DNA of 64,000 bases. It comes from Tubiluchus corallicola. Its lineage: Eukaryota; Animalia; Priapulida. Under the pieces are notes generated by a model. That model saw only the letters and a list, made by a program, of their open reading frames with translations. It did no database searches and had not been told where the DNA came from. Position 1 is the stretch's first letter. Each line of letters begins with the position of its first letter. Position numbers and translations under genes: made by a program. The stretch lies in contig JAQGDQ010000108.1 of NCBI GenBank assembly GCA_030141605.1, forward strand, positions 496,001-560,000. Direction: 5' to 3'. Below are positions 1 to 12,700 of this stretch, piece by piece.

Positions 1-362
1 TTAAAGTGCAACTGGAAAACATTCAAAGTGACTGTCATATTTGCTGAGGCTGAAAAAAGGTTAATTTTCAATTTGATTTACGCAGCGTGTACTATTACTA
101 AAACAAACGTTAACATTTTTTAGCGTAAACGATTTAAACTTTCAGAAAAGATGAATATATTATGAAACAACTAATAAGAAATTCCACAGCTCCTAGTATT
201 CCTGAAATGCCAGACATGAAAGTAGATCGGCGTCTGTTAAATCGTTATTTTATACTAGATGGCATCGGAATGTTCAGCATCAGACCCTTGCATAACTGTA
301 CAGCTTGAGTGAATTTTGTTCAAAGATTATTTTTTTATACTTTTTGTTGTACGTAATCCTGT

Positions 363-955
363 ATATAGGGTATCTCAAAAGTCACTATACACTTTGATTT
401 CTCATTTTCTTTTTAAAATTTTCTACAATCGTAAATGAAAAGTAGCCTCTAGCAATGCTCTTTGTTTTTTATTGCAACCCCGCTGCTTTGGTGGTGACAG
501 CAACGTTAGAAATGAAGTATAAAATCAGCTAGGCATGATGAGTCCCTCGACCATCAACTGAAGCGCAGCAGAAATTCAAAGCATTAGATGGACCACATTA
601 TTGTCTCATTATTAACAATGTAATTTTTAACAAGGTGCAACCTTTCCTCATAAATCCATGGGCTGTAACAGACTTTCTCAACGCAAGATAACACCGACTT
701 GCCGTTAGATTAATCTCTGAGGCTCATAAGGTCCCCGACGACGGTAGCGGAAATAATAAAGCCTACTTGTGCAGTAGTTCTTTACAGATTTTCGTCTAAT
801 CATATAAAAAAATTGTTTTAGTTCAAGGTTTGCGTTGGACAACCTTTGTCCAAGGTTTTAATTCATCTTTACCAATTTTCAAACATTTTGCTTTCTTTGT
901 TAAAAATGCAGAAAATGTAAAGTATATACTTGTTTCTGACACACCCTGCTGTATA
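363..955. mobile_element. Degenerate Tc1/mariner-like non-autonomous element (MITE)
   Basis: Left end TAGGGTATCTCAAAAGTCACTATACACTTT is an imperfect inverted match to right end AAAGTATATACTTGTTTCTGACACACCCTG; TA-rich flanks; no ORF. Confidence 0.45.
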
Positions 956-1144
956 ATAAGCTGTAACGATTTACGGATATATATAAGCAAATTTTATAAA
1001 TAACCTAGCGCAAAAATCACCCTAAAGTTAAATCAAAGTTAAATTTCATAAATTATTTTAATTAAGATCATTTAAGAACGTAACAAAGAAAGCGTTCACA
1101 GTTGGCTGGTTTTGAGAAGTGTTCATTCTATTTTTTCTTCATAG

Positions 1145-2447
1145 ATACGTTGCCATAGTCCATCCACTGGAAGCTAGAAAATTCAACAGCAAATCAAGAG
1201 CTAGGAAAATCTTAGCTTTAGTGTGGATAACGCCGGCAATTGTCGCAACACCTTACCTGCAGAAATCAACGGTAAGACATATATGACACTATCTTCTCAG
1301 TCCAGCTAAGCTTTGCATTAGTTTTCAAGGAAGTAATTAAGACATGCATACATAGCCTTATTTCAAAAAGGCCTTTTGTTTTTGCAAATTACTCTTTGTC
1401 ATTTTCTGGAGCTGTTTGACAATGGAAGTAAATTTAGATTGATTTGATTGTAAGTTTAACCAAATTTCACAATGAACGAGAGCTCATACTGTTTCTTGAC
1501 CACTCATTAGAAATGAACAAGTAGGTTATCAAAGATTTACGCAATTAAAATCAATTAAACTTAATTAAATTTATTAACATCAAATAAGTAATAACAAGCA
1601 TATATCTTCGGCCAATTTCTCTAGTTATTTTGCAATTGTTTAGCAGAAATCATTTTTCCATTAAAGAGAGGAATTTAAAACTGGGCAAATGATGCCAGCG
1701 TAAAGCGCATAAACGCCGGACAATGACGTAAGTTGATGTTATGTTTTCTTTTGATTTTTATTCATTTCCATTTTTAAGGTCAAAGAAGCAACATTTTACA
1801 GCGATCTGGGAACCATCAGAAGAAAACTTTGCCAAGACGAAATGGACGCCAAGATGACGAAGGCCTTCTACACTTTTCTTTTCTTTTTTATCTACGTCAT
1901 GCCGCTAATTTTTATTTCTGTCACTTGTTTAGGTATTTATCATGATTCCAATTACTATCATTTGTTTTAATGAAGTTCACAGATAGTAAGCAATATAATC
2001 ACAATGAAAATGCTTTGAGGTGAAAACGACGATGCCAACGATGACAGTTACAATAATGGCTGCAAACGACAATAAGGCCTATGCACTACTGATTGTAATT
2101 TAATGATACTGCGCTTAATGTTCTTGGTTACGATGAAGACAGTAGTTAAAGCAATAACTGTGTATAACGCTTACATCGTCTACATTAACATGACGTTGGT
2201 AAATATTGAAAACTGCAGAGCAAAAAAGCTGGTTCCTGACATGTTCATGGTTATGCTGCTTCTGATTCCGGGATCAGAAAACGGAGGTCCAGAGGTTAGC
2301 AGGGTTATGACAAGGATGTTGATGCTGATGATGTGGCGAATGATGATGATGATGATAATAATGATAATGATGATGACGAGGACGACGGCGACGACGATGA
2401 CGACAATGATGGTGATGATGATGATGGTGATGATGATGAAGATGATG

Positions 2448-2523
<76 letters not shown>

Positions 2524-5500
2524 AGTGACGATGACGACGTTAACGATGAAGGTGACGATGATGAAGAGGAGCAGTAGAAGGAAAATTAGGAATAAAACGA
2601 CGAAGATGACAGTGATCACAGATGGCGATGTTAGTATAGCCATGGTGGAGTCATACTAGAGTCATAGCAAAACGAATTCCGCCGCGAGTAATGACGACTA
2701 AGCTAAAGTTACATATGCCGCTTTCTTTTTAACATAAGAAAGACTGAAAAATAACAACGACGAAACGAATGAAGTTTGATTAAATGGAAAGAAAAGGGAA
2801 GAAGAGGAAAGTACGTGGCAAAAAGCTTTCCATAATAAGTTACTTAGCTTACGTTTACTTTTTTGAAAAACATATGTAACTGAAAAAAATTCCTTATGAT
2901 TTAAAAAGTTCGGACCAGCTGCTAAGACGTCACTAGCTCACTATCCCAGTGTGTACTAAAGAGGTCACCAGCTCACTGTCCCAGTATGCACTAAATACGT
3001 CGCCAGCTCACTAACCCAGTGCACTAAAGACGGCACTAACTCACAAAAAACATTATTGACATTATTGACAACATAAAGTAATATATGGTTTAGCGAAGTG
3101 TGTGTTACGAATGATGTGATTATGTTTTCAAACTTTACGTGACGATAAAAACTTCCATAAGTTTCTTACTTAAATACCGGCCGCTAAAAGCCTAACTCCC
3201 AGCGCGGGAGTTTTAATATACAAGTTTAATGCAGCTTTACTACTGATACAAGCTCTATTTACCGATATAAAATTTGAAGACGATTTTTAGCTTTCCGTAA
3301 ATAAAGGGTTTTCTTGTCCTTTAATGTTTAATAACCGTCGGTAACTATTTGATCTGATAACAGATGCGTACTTACAAGTACAGCAACACTGGATACTACA
3401 GAGACATCAATTTCTGTTGATACAGGTATTGCCAGGGTTTTACTGAGTCAATCAGAAAACGGCAACGAAAGCGGAAGTCTAAGCGAAAGTTTTCGATGCC
3501 CACACCGCGGGCCAGTCAATCGACAAGACGAAAGCAGAAAGAAGGTAAACAGTTAAGTAACTTCCCGAGGCAGTTTACTCGAAATGAGGCGTTGCACTCA
3601 TTCTGTACACTGAGACAGTTTATCTACTCTAAATGAATTTGCTCACACATTCACATTGAAACAGTTTGCTCATGCTGAGTCGGTTTATTCACTGAGACAC
3701 TGAGACAAATTTATTCACTGTAATATCATGGCTTACTAATAATGAAGACAACTTACTCAGATTGTATAATCACACTAAGGTACATTATACACTCTGGTGC
3801 GATGTGCTTACATTGAAATGGTTTACTCATATCAAGATCATTTAGTCATATCGAAGCAGTGTATGCGGCTATACAATAGAGATGGCAAATTTTCACTGAG
3901 GCGGTTAGAAAAGAAGGGATAGGTAAATATGAAAATTCGCCCGTGTACAGAAGATGTTTACTTAATTATTTTTGATCAAGTCTTCGAACCAAGTCACTAA
4001 TATTCCAATGTTGTTGAGGGACAACGTTTTGAAAAAAGCGCAAGGCTTTATGAACTGGCAATGTATTGTCGTGAAATTTCACAGGAAATTACGAGAAAGA
4101 TTAAATTTTGCATTGATTGGCAGAGTCGATTTTTTGATCAACCATTTTGCATTAAAGATGGCGGCAGTAATGTCATTTCTAAAGGAAAAAACAGTTTGCG
4201 ACAAATAGCCATGTAAATTATTAGTATGGAATATACTAGAACGAAATCCGCATCGACTAACAGTGCTGGTTTTTCATCGGCCGTCTTGAATTCAAGGTGG
4301 CAGCGTTAACATCATTTTCGAAAAAAACTTAGGCTCCACCAATTTACAGTGGGCTGTCACCAAATATTATAGGTAGAATGAATTCAGCCTCAACTGACAG
4401 AATCAGATTTTCGATCCGCCATTTTGAATTCAAAGTGGTGGCGATAACATAATTTTTAACGGATCGTCACGAAACTTTATCGGAATACACAAATTTCGCA
4501 GCTGTTGACATAGTCTGATTTTTGATCAATAGTCTCGAGTTCAGTGAGACCCTCAACCAATCGAGTCGAACTTGTTAATAACATTGTTCATTACGTATAG
4601 ACACTTTTCAAAAACGTTTCTGATAGCAGAATGTGTGTTGAGACTAGTGAGACAAACTTCAGTAAGCGAGCTGAATAGTTAGGATGAGTAAACAACGCCA
4701 CCTTAATAAATATTCTCTGGATTAATAGACCAATCCAACAAAACTGATTACACCTACAGTCCAAATATTTGCTTGTAATTGGACGTATTAACCTGCATCC
4801 CAATTCAAACTTGTTTAAAGTCAATGCCCAGATTCTTGCGTTTTATTGCTGCCAAGAACGAAAAACCACTCAGAAGATAATGTAAATTTAGTGATTTCAA
4901 AACATCCAATAACTGCGTCGTTAAATAAACCTGCAACTAAAAAATGATACCCCAACTATTAATCAGGCGTAAATTTTTAATTACCGTCACTAATACGTCG
5001 TAGTATTGTAAATTCTTCCACTTGTTGTTGCAGGTTGCTAAAATGGTTGTAGTGATTTGTGTTGCCTTTATCATTGCCTGGTCTCCATACTTCATCATCA
5101 CCATGGTTACTACTTATCAGGTCAACTCGTTCTTTGATAAAGGGCAATTCTTCTTCACCATGATGACCATCAGCTTGTTTGCCTTCATCAACTCCTGCGT
5201 TAACCCCATCATCTACGTGATCATGAGCAGGAAGTTTAGAAATGGTTTCTACCGTATCGTCACCTGTGGGACATTGAGATACTCCGAAGTCTCACTCAGC
5301 TACAAGGCATCTTCAAGCGACAATAATTGCTCCTACGTGTCAACAGCAACAGTGAGGACATCGTCTGGATCGGTAAAAATTCGGCAAAGTCGTGACAGGA
5401 AGAGCCACACTGATTCCGGTCACGATAAGAAAATGGCATATAAGGAATGGCAAAAAGCTCGCTATGCCACTATATATTGCTTAGTCAATACTTTATTCGG

Positions 5501-6380
5501 CAGGACAAGCACCACGGAGCAGATAGAGCTGCATGAAACAATGGGAAGCAGTTATCACAATACTTCTCCAACAGAGGGCAGACGTGATACTGACCTAACT
5601 CATGAAAAGTCCCCAGGCGCAGTTATTCATGACGCCATTATTCATCCCCACATTACTAACAGTAACTTGACTGATGACAAGGTGAAATACAGCCACTTAA
5701 CAAGCAGTTTATCCTCTGACAATTTAACAAACCCGGATGACGAAAAAGGAGTTTCTGTTCCAAGAAAAACTGCCTCATTACCTAGCTTACAAATGCCCGC
5801 AAAGAAATCCTGCTTATTGAACAAAATGTCACCAACAGAAGCTATGCCAGAAAAGAAACGTCTGAATTACAACAAACCTGGATATTTTGAAGTATGTACC
5901 AAAGAAACAGCTACATTCTCAATGACAGGCAAGCCGTTTGAAACGGCAGTAACAGATACTTCTGTGGGACAAGATAACTCTGCCGCTGCAGGCGACAACT
6001 TTCTAAATAATAATATTCAGCGTTATGCTACTTCGTCAATGCCTATCAGTACTTGTTCAAACGATATTTTTAGCTGTGATAACGCGCTTTATCAAGATGA
6101 CGATAGCAGTTCGCTGCGCCATCTTGCAGCAAAGGAAGATACATTTTCGAAAAATGGAAAGTCTCTCATAAATAGACCTAAAGTTGAGAAAAAACCGTTT
6201 AGCGGTAACAAAAAAATTTCTCCAATTTCTTCGGTGGAAACTAAATGCAAACCATGTAAACCAAAGACGTTAGGATTTTCTGTTCGACGTATTTTTTCTT
6301 TACCTAATATGAAAAAGAATGCGTCACCTTTAGAAAATGGCAAGCTTTATAATAGTTGCGTTGAAGATGTACGTTTGTAA
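1145..6380 (+). CDS. Class A (rhodopsin-family) neuropeptide-type GPCR, 5' part upstream of the window; QRFP/orexin/trissin-receptor-like by motif only
   Basis: Exons 1145-1271 ((R)YVAIVHPLEARKF...LVWITPAIVATPYL, TM3 end to TM4), 1779-1932 (ECL2 Cys, TM5 YVMPLIFISVTC), 3426-3544 (ICL3 ...ESRKK), 5034-6380 (TM6 VAKMVVVICVAFIIAWSPYF, TM7 NSCVNPIIY, helix 8 SRKFRNGF). All introns are GT-AG with matching phases 0,1,0. Confidence 0.93.
2320..2565. repeat. (GAT)n microsatellite with degenerate flanks, GPCR intron
   Basis: Pure GAT run at ~2449-2523 within a wider GAT/GAC/AAT tract; explains the poly-M/D/I ORFs. Confidence 0.97.
2922..3044. repeat. ~35-bp minisatellite, ~3.5 copies
   Basis: Unit GACGTCACTAGCTCACTATCCCAGTGTGTACTAAA repeated with substitutions. 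Confidence 0.8.
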
Positions 6381-7139
6381 ATGCTGTTTCGTAATGGCAG
6401 AAAGCGTTTACATTGCATGGTTAAACGTTTACAAAGAACTTATTCAACTAGGCCTACGTGCAATATGTTAATTTTGCAACATTGGTGCATTTTACCGTTT
6501 TTCTTCATTCCAAATGTACGATATAGTAGTAAATGTCTAATTTTGAGCTTTATTTTGGCCATACGAGCACCTCCTTATTATAGCTCAGTGATACCGATGC
6601 ACAACACGTTTCGTCTTATTAATTCAAACAAAAGATAATCTACAGTATTTTCTTCGGTTCGTTAAAGATCAATTTCATCGAGTACACGTCTTGATATCGG
6701 AATACAAGCAGGTAACAGCCGCTGCCATTGCAGTGATGGAATAATTTCTATATGAATAATTATTCATGTATACATATGTAATTACTTACGATATAATATT
6801 TAATGAAAAATACAGCACTATAGATGGGCACGGACAAATCAACTTTTTATCCCACAAACCTTAAAACGAATTCCCTACTAAAGTTTTTCGATATATAGGT
6901 CAGGTATTTGGAAAATAGGCACAAGTCAGTAGCTTATAAATCGGCAATCGTCAACTCCTCTGTAAATCTACACTGTCTATTGTTTCTCATTATTGTGCAA
7001 TCTCTATTTTAGATTTGACTGATTTATGCAAAGCGCTGAAAACACACATATGTCATTACTGTTCTGTATATTACTGCAAAGATATTATATAGTCTATGTT
7101 ATGTCAAAAATACTGTTGTAATTGACCCTGAATCATTGT

Positions 7140-7145
7140 AATAAA
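7140..7145 (+). terminator. Candidate polyadenylation signal of the GPCR
   Basis: AATAAA ~760 nt after the stop codon, followed by a T-rich tract. Confidence 0.45.
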
Positions 7146-9692
7146 ATAGTTAATTTTATTATTTATATTATTTTATTTGTACAAAATCAAGACCTTTTAC
7201 AAAATATATAGCCACATTATATAATACCTGTGCATTTCGGGAAAAGTGTTAAGCAATTTTTTTGCTCTGACGTTTCCGAGACATTTCCTTTAACAGGTGA
7301 AATCTGTGTAAAATGCATAAAGTGACTTTGGCAAAACGCAAAATGAACGTAATTCGTGTTGAATTCAACTTTTGCAGTGCTAGATATTTTATCAAACACC
7401 CAGGCATCGCATAGAATGCGTGAGATGACTTACTCGCTGCTATATATTAACTAAGCGAATCAAGTGAGCCTCTGGGTTATTTGTTTTAATAGCGCCATAA
7501 AATCTGTTAGTGAAAAGAAAGGCCTAGGTGAATAGTATGAAGTAAATAATACAATTCTATACAATATAAATAATATAGAATGCTGGCCTGCATTACTGAC
7601 GTGTACATAATAAAGTATGTCAAGCAGTCCAGTTTTTGGCACACGAAACTGTAGTACGCCTACAACATTTCCTTCTCGTACAGGACCAGGTGCTGTCAGC
7701 TTGTTTTTCTGCGGATATTCAGCTAGGATATAATGTACTGCAATAGCTAACTATCAATAACGGGCTGTTTTTGACCCGGGTCATTGAGTTATTTACATCA
7801 TTATAAATTGCTGGTATTTTTATCACACAGAAAAGGAGGCCTTGCTGCATTTGCCTGCCTTTTTTCTAAACCAGTGCAAAATCATTTTTTCCTTTAAAGC
7901 CAAGAATCGTTAGGTATTTCTGCACAAAACACAAAAACATAGCACTTCTAACAGCAGACCTCATGCAACCTGCACGTTTACTTGAAATTCTTTCTACCAC
8001 TCAAATACAAGCACCTTCATTCTTTGTTTCAATCCATTAAATATCTAAACATGGCTTATCTCATACATTCCCTAAAACAAAATGGGTATTATTTATTTTG
8101 CTTAGGAAAATTATCACAAAACCTAAATATCATCTACTTTGCTTAATCAAACGTCTGCAACATACCTAATGCCTAAAAAGTGTAGAAAACCTATTTAAGA
8201 TACTTTAGCTGATTTGTCTGGCACTCTATAAAATGCCTAGTCATTTTATAAAATACCTGGTTTCACACTTTACCTGTATCATTTATAGCTTGTCGTTTAG
8301 GCGAAAAATCGCTTACGTCTGTGTTATGATTCGAATTTACTACTCACTCTGACGTCGCATAGAATTTCTTCCATCAGTAAACCGTCAATCTATATCTATA
8401 ATAGTCAGTGGACTGCTCATTCTATAGGAAACAGTTAACTAAGTCAATTTATTTTCAAACAACAAGTTATAAAGCACATATTACATGCAAAGTGATAATA
8501 AAATTCCAAAAAAGACAAAACTTTTAGCATCGCATGGGCCTATTTCCTTTTATGAATAATTGTGCGGTGTTCTAATTTTTACCTTTTTGTCAATAAAAAT
8601 ATCGGGTCGCTAAAGTCATTGTTTTTCATTGTTCTTTGGTACAAATTTCTTGTTTGACAATTGGAATAGAAACCTGCGACAATGTTTACGTTACACAGGC
8701 CAAAATGAATTCTAGTGCCTCAATCTCTGTACAGGGTCTATGTTCAGAATAAATCATGTCTAAACCAGACTCGGTACAAACTGGACTCGCCCAGTATAGC
8801 CTTAAATTTGGTATTATTTCAAGAGAGTTCTTTTTAATCCTTGAAGTTTTTAATAAAAATTCGATTCAAAACTGCGTACAACAAAGGAATTTGCATTAAT
8901 TATGTAAATCTGATTACGTGCTAACATTAAATCATTCATCGCTGCTGCTGTGGGGGGAAAGGGCGGTTAGTTTTCAGCAAATCTAAGAACTGGCTACAGA
9001 AATGGATCCAGTCTAGCAACCTGGAGTGTGCGTCGATGCGATCTAAAACTGGTATCGTTTGCTGAATAACACTTGTATTTGTCACGGCGTTAATTGTTAC
9101 ATTGAAAATCTGTGCCAAGTATCACGTACAAGGTTTTCTGTGTGTATCTTGCCAACGGAATGTTATTGTTCGTGTTATATTTTATTTTTTAATCACCGAC
9201 ACAGCCAAAAGATATGTGGAATGAAGGTCAACTTCCAGAGTAACTGTCAAATGAGTTGGACAAATTTCGCTTCAATAATGTTCTTGCGACTTCACAATAA
9301 TACCATTAGATAAGTTAGAGGATAGAAGTGTTTCTATAATATACTGTAACGAGACCTAGACACAACAATTGAAAGACATTCTAAATGTTAAATAACTGCA
9401 GCAATTTTTAGATGAAAGTAAAAAACGATGAGAATACTCAATTCGAAAAATTCTTTGAGTGTGTAACTAGGCAATGTCTGACTACATTAACTACCTGAAT
9501 TTGGCATCGTTTCAACTTTCTTATAGGAGGTCTGCTCTCTACTGAAGTGTGAACTCGGCGTACAACTTCTTGTGGTAACAGCCAGGGGGCGAATTGGACT
9601 GTTTATTTGTTAGATAAACGAACCAAGTGCTTCAGTGTTATCGTTCCAGCTATCCAATTTTTAATTGTAACGCTGGTAAACAGTGGTGATAC

Positions 9693-9698
9693 TATAAA
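9693..9698 (+). promoter_or_regulatory. Candidate TATA box of the secreted anaphylatoxin-like gene
   Basis: TATAAA 68 nt upstream of the ATG at 9761; the AT-rich background weakens the call. Confidence 0.35.
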
Positions 9699-9760
9699 CA
9701 AAAAAGTTGCGTTATTTTAGTTTACTTTTTGTAATTAACATAATCTGCTAGTCTGACATT

Positions 9761-12700
9761 ATGGTGCTGATAATGTTTAATAAAAGTGTGTTGTTAGTGT
9801 GGTTTGCCTGTGTTGTTGGACATGGCATTTTTACGTGTGGTAAGTCGCTTTAATAATGTATTCATGAACCAATTACAGATAAATTGAATTCCAATATACA
9901 TATATTAATATGTTACTACATTATTTACGTACAATCTAAATATGTTGAGTAGTTAAAAATCGTTTTTATCTTCAAAACTATTCCTTTTTCAAACTGTAAA
10001 AAATATTCTTGTTGAAGCACCAATTTTTAGACTGCTAAAGCACCCGACATCAGAACTGATTTTTAGAGTGCCTCGTGAAACCTATAGTCGTTCAACCAAT
10101 TGATTAGCCAATCTGTCAATCAGTCATTCAGTAGAAAAACCAGTTGTAGTGTGTATAAAACATCAAATATAGCGTCACTATAAAATTTCTTCGTTGTATC
10201 TGCTGTTCTTGTATCCGTTGTATCTGGTTGTGTCTACATTGTTCTTGACAGTGAGTCATTGAATTTTTACTATTTTTTATTTTACTAAGTAAACCTTGAA
10301 CTCATTCGAAAAATGAACGAGTCATTCAAGCTGTTGAATTCTGTCTGTTGATTCTGTGATACTAATTTGCCGGTTATGGTTACATATCAATAAATTTTGT
10401 AAATGAAGAAATTCATTTTAATCAAAGAGTTGTTGCAAAATAAAAAAGATAAAATTTCATTCAAATAATGAGAAGCCTTTTGGACAATAGTAGTAAATTT
10501 ATAGTAATTAGTAATTTGTGCATAAAACTGAGATGCAATTAACTTTCATCTGAAAATAATTAAGCTCGAGTATAAAAGGTGATATTTGAGATGCATAACT
10601 TAAGGAACAAGTTTTATTGAGTTGTGGTCAAAAAATGAACCTTATTCAGCCTCGCCTAAGGATATTTACCATAGCACGTAGTTTTTAAATACTAGTAGTT
10701 ATATATTGGTCTGCGCATGCTCTGTGAGGGCGAGGCAACCGCGGCGTAACTGATACGTGCTCGGAGAGTAAAGTTTAGTAACATGGACCCGTTCAGGAAT
10801 TTTCCCCGGCTTCCTTTTTCAGTCTAGTACAATCCTTCCCAGTCCAGTGCAATCCTTCCCATGCTTGCAAAGTGCGTTTCTTCCCAGCTTGCGTGGTATT
10901 AGTTTCTGTCTTAGTTCATACACTACAGTTTTCTAGTGTTTCGAAAACACTGCGTTCTTAGCACAGCATGCTCTTAACCTTCGCAAGGGTCGTACTTTCT
11001 AGAAATTAACAAGGTTGTAATTTTGAAAACTGGGGCTAGTTTTTACAACTTGAACACACCATGGATTTAACACAAGGAAATTCAATCAGCCGGATTCCTT
11101 CGGGACCTACAAAACAAAATGTAAATGGGAAAAATTACCTGGCATTCTGACAGAAATGGAAGGATCTGCACCAAAACAGTTCATATTTGTCACGAGATTA
11201 TTGCACTGAGGATGCACAGAATGAACAAATAAGCGAAAAATATAAATACGAATAAGAAAAACGGTTGATTAGGAAATTTACATATCAAGTACAGGATCCT
11301 AAATTCATTTCGCCAGCTGTTTTTAGAAATGGTACATTACACCATTATCTAGAAGTACACTTCGTCAGTGTATCATTTCGCCATCTATCATTTCGCTGGT
11401 AGATATTAGAAATGGTGCAGTACATATGTAAATAGTGCAACACTTCGTCAGTGCCTCATTTTGACAGTGTATCTTTTAGTCAGTTGTATCTTTTCGCTAG
11501 TCTCTAATATCACAAGGTTGTGTTAATAGTAACAATTTTTGCGCACAAACAAGTTCAAATTAAAGCAAAATTTTTGCCAGATCATTATGAAGGTACAATT
11601 TTAGTTCTTTACTCATAAGTACGCATTCCACCATTCCATGTCTAATGCGCTAACAAAATGTCAGACTGGCGAAAGTAATACACTAGCGAAATGATGCGCT
11701 GGCGAAGTTTGCCACTATTTAAAGTGAATTGCACTACTTCTGACTACAAGTGGCGAAATGATGCACTGGCGAAGTGTCGTACTATTTAAACGCTTATTGC
11801 ATTATTTCCAATAAAACCCGCGAAATGATATACTGGCGAACGATGCACTGGCAAGTGATAAACTTGTATAATGTACCACTGTCTAAATGTGCTTTGGCGA
11901 AATAATGCACTGACAAAATGGTAGACTGGCGAAATTATAGTCTAGCGAAATGCACCTTGGCAAAGTGATATACAATCTGAAACTTTATAGATTGATATTT
12001 CACCAGTGTCCAGTATAGAAACAGAACTTTAACCTGATTCGTTCATCTACAAAAATATTTTGGAACATTTGTTGATAAATTTCCGTTAAACAAGAAAGAA
12101 TTGAAACCCTACAATTGTAACTCAGACAATTAGCAAGTTAGTATAAACAAATTATTCATAAATAATAGTAAAATGTAACCAGCAGGAGACTGTGGATAAC
12201 ACCTAAATTTAAATGTTTTTTGTAGGTGATCCAGTAATTAGTCGTCATTACGCACAGGATAATCCAGAAATTATTGTGGAGGTTGTTTTGGATAAACAAA
12301 CTAATACTACTTTACCATCCATCAACGTCACGGACATTGATTACAGCAGTAATGTTATTGGGTTTGAAGAAAACGTGGATTTCGAAAGATTTGAGAATCC
12401 GAATGAAAATGCGATTCAAGAAATGGAAGGTGAACAGATCATAATCGATCACACAGCACTTGAAAATGATGTCAGCGATTACGATGAACTTGATGATGAC
12501 ACAGCCGAGGAAATTGTTGAAGCAGAATTTGACTATGCAACATATCTGGGTAAGGACATTTCAAAATAGATTTCCTCCTGACTATCAAAAAGAATAAAGG
12601 GAGCGGTAGGAGGCACGAAGAGAGGGAGTTAAGGAGGGAAAGAGGGAAATGAGAGAGAACGGGAAACAGACAGAGGACGAGAGACGTGAGACGTGAGGTC

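Noticed and set aside
2103-2659. Three overlapping ORFs rich in M, D, I and S
   Set aside because: Translations of a (GAT)n microsatellite inside a GPCR intron.
1145-6380. The GPCR as the receptor for the neighbouring relaxin-like or anaphylatoxin-like peptides
   Set aside because: Its TM motifs are those of neuropeptide receptors rather than LGR/RXFP1-2 type, and adjacency alone is not evidence of pairing.
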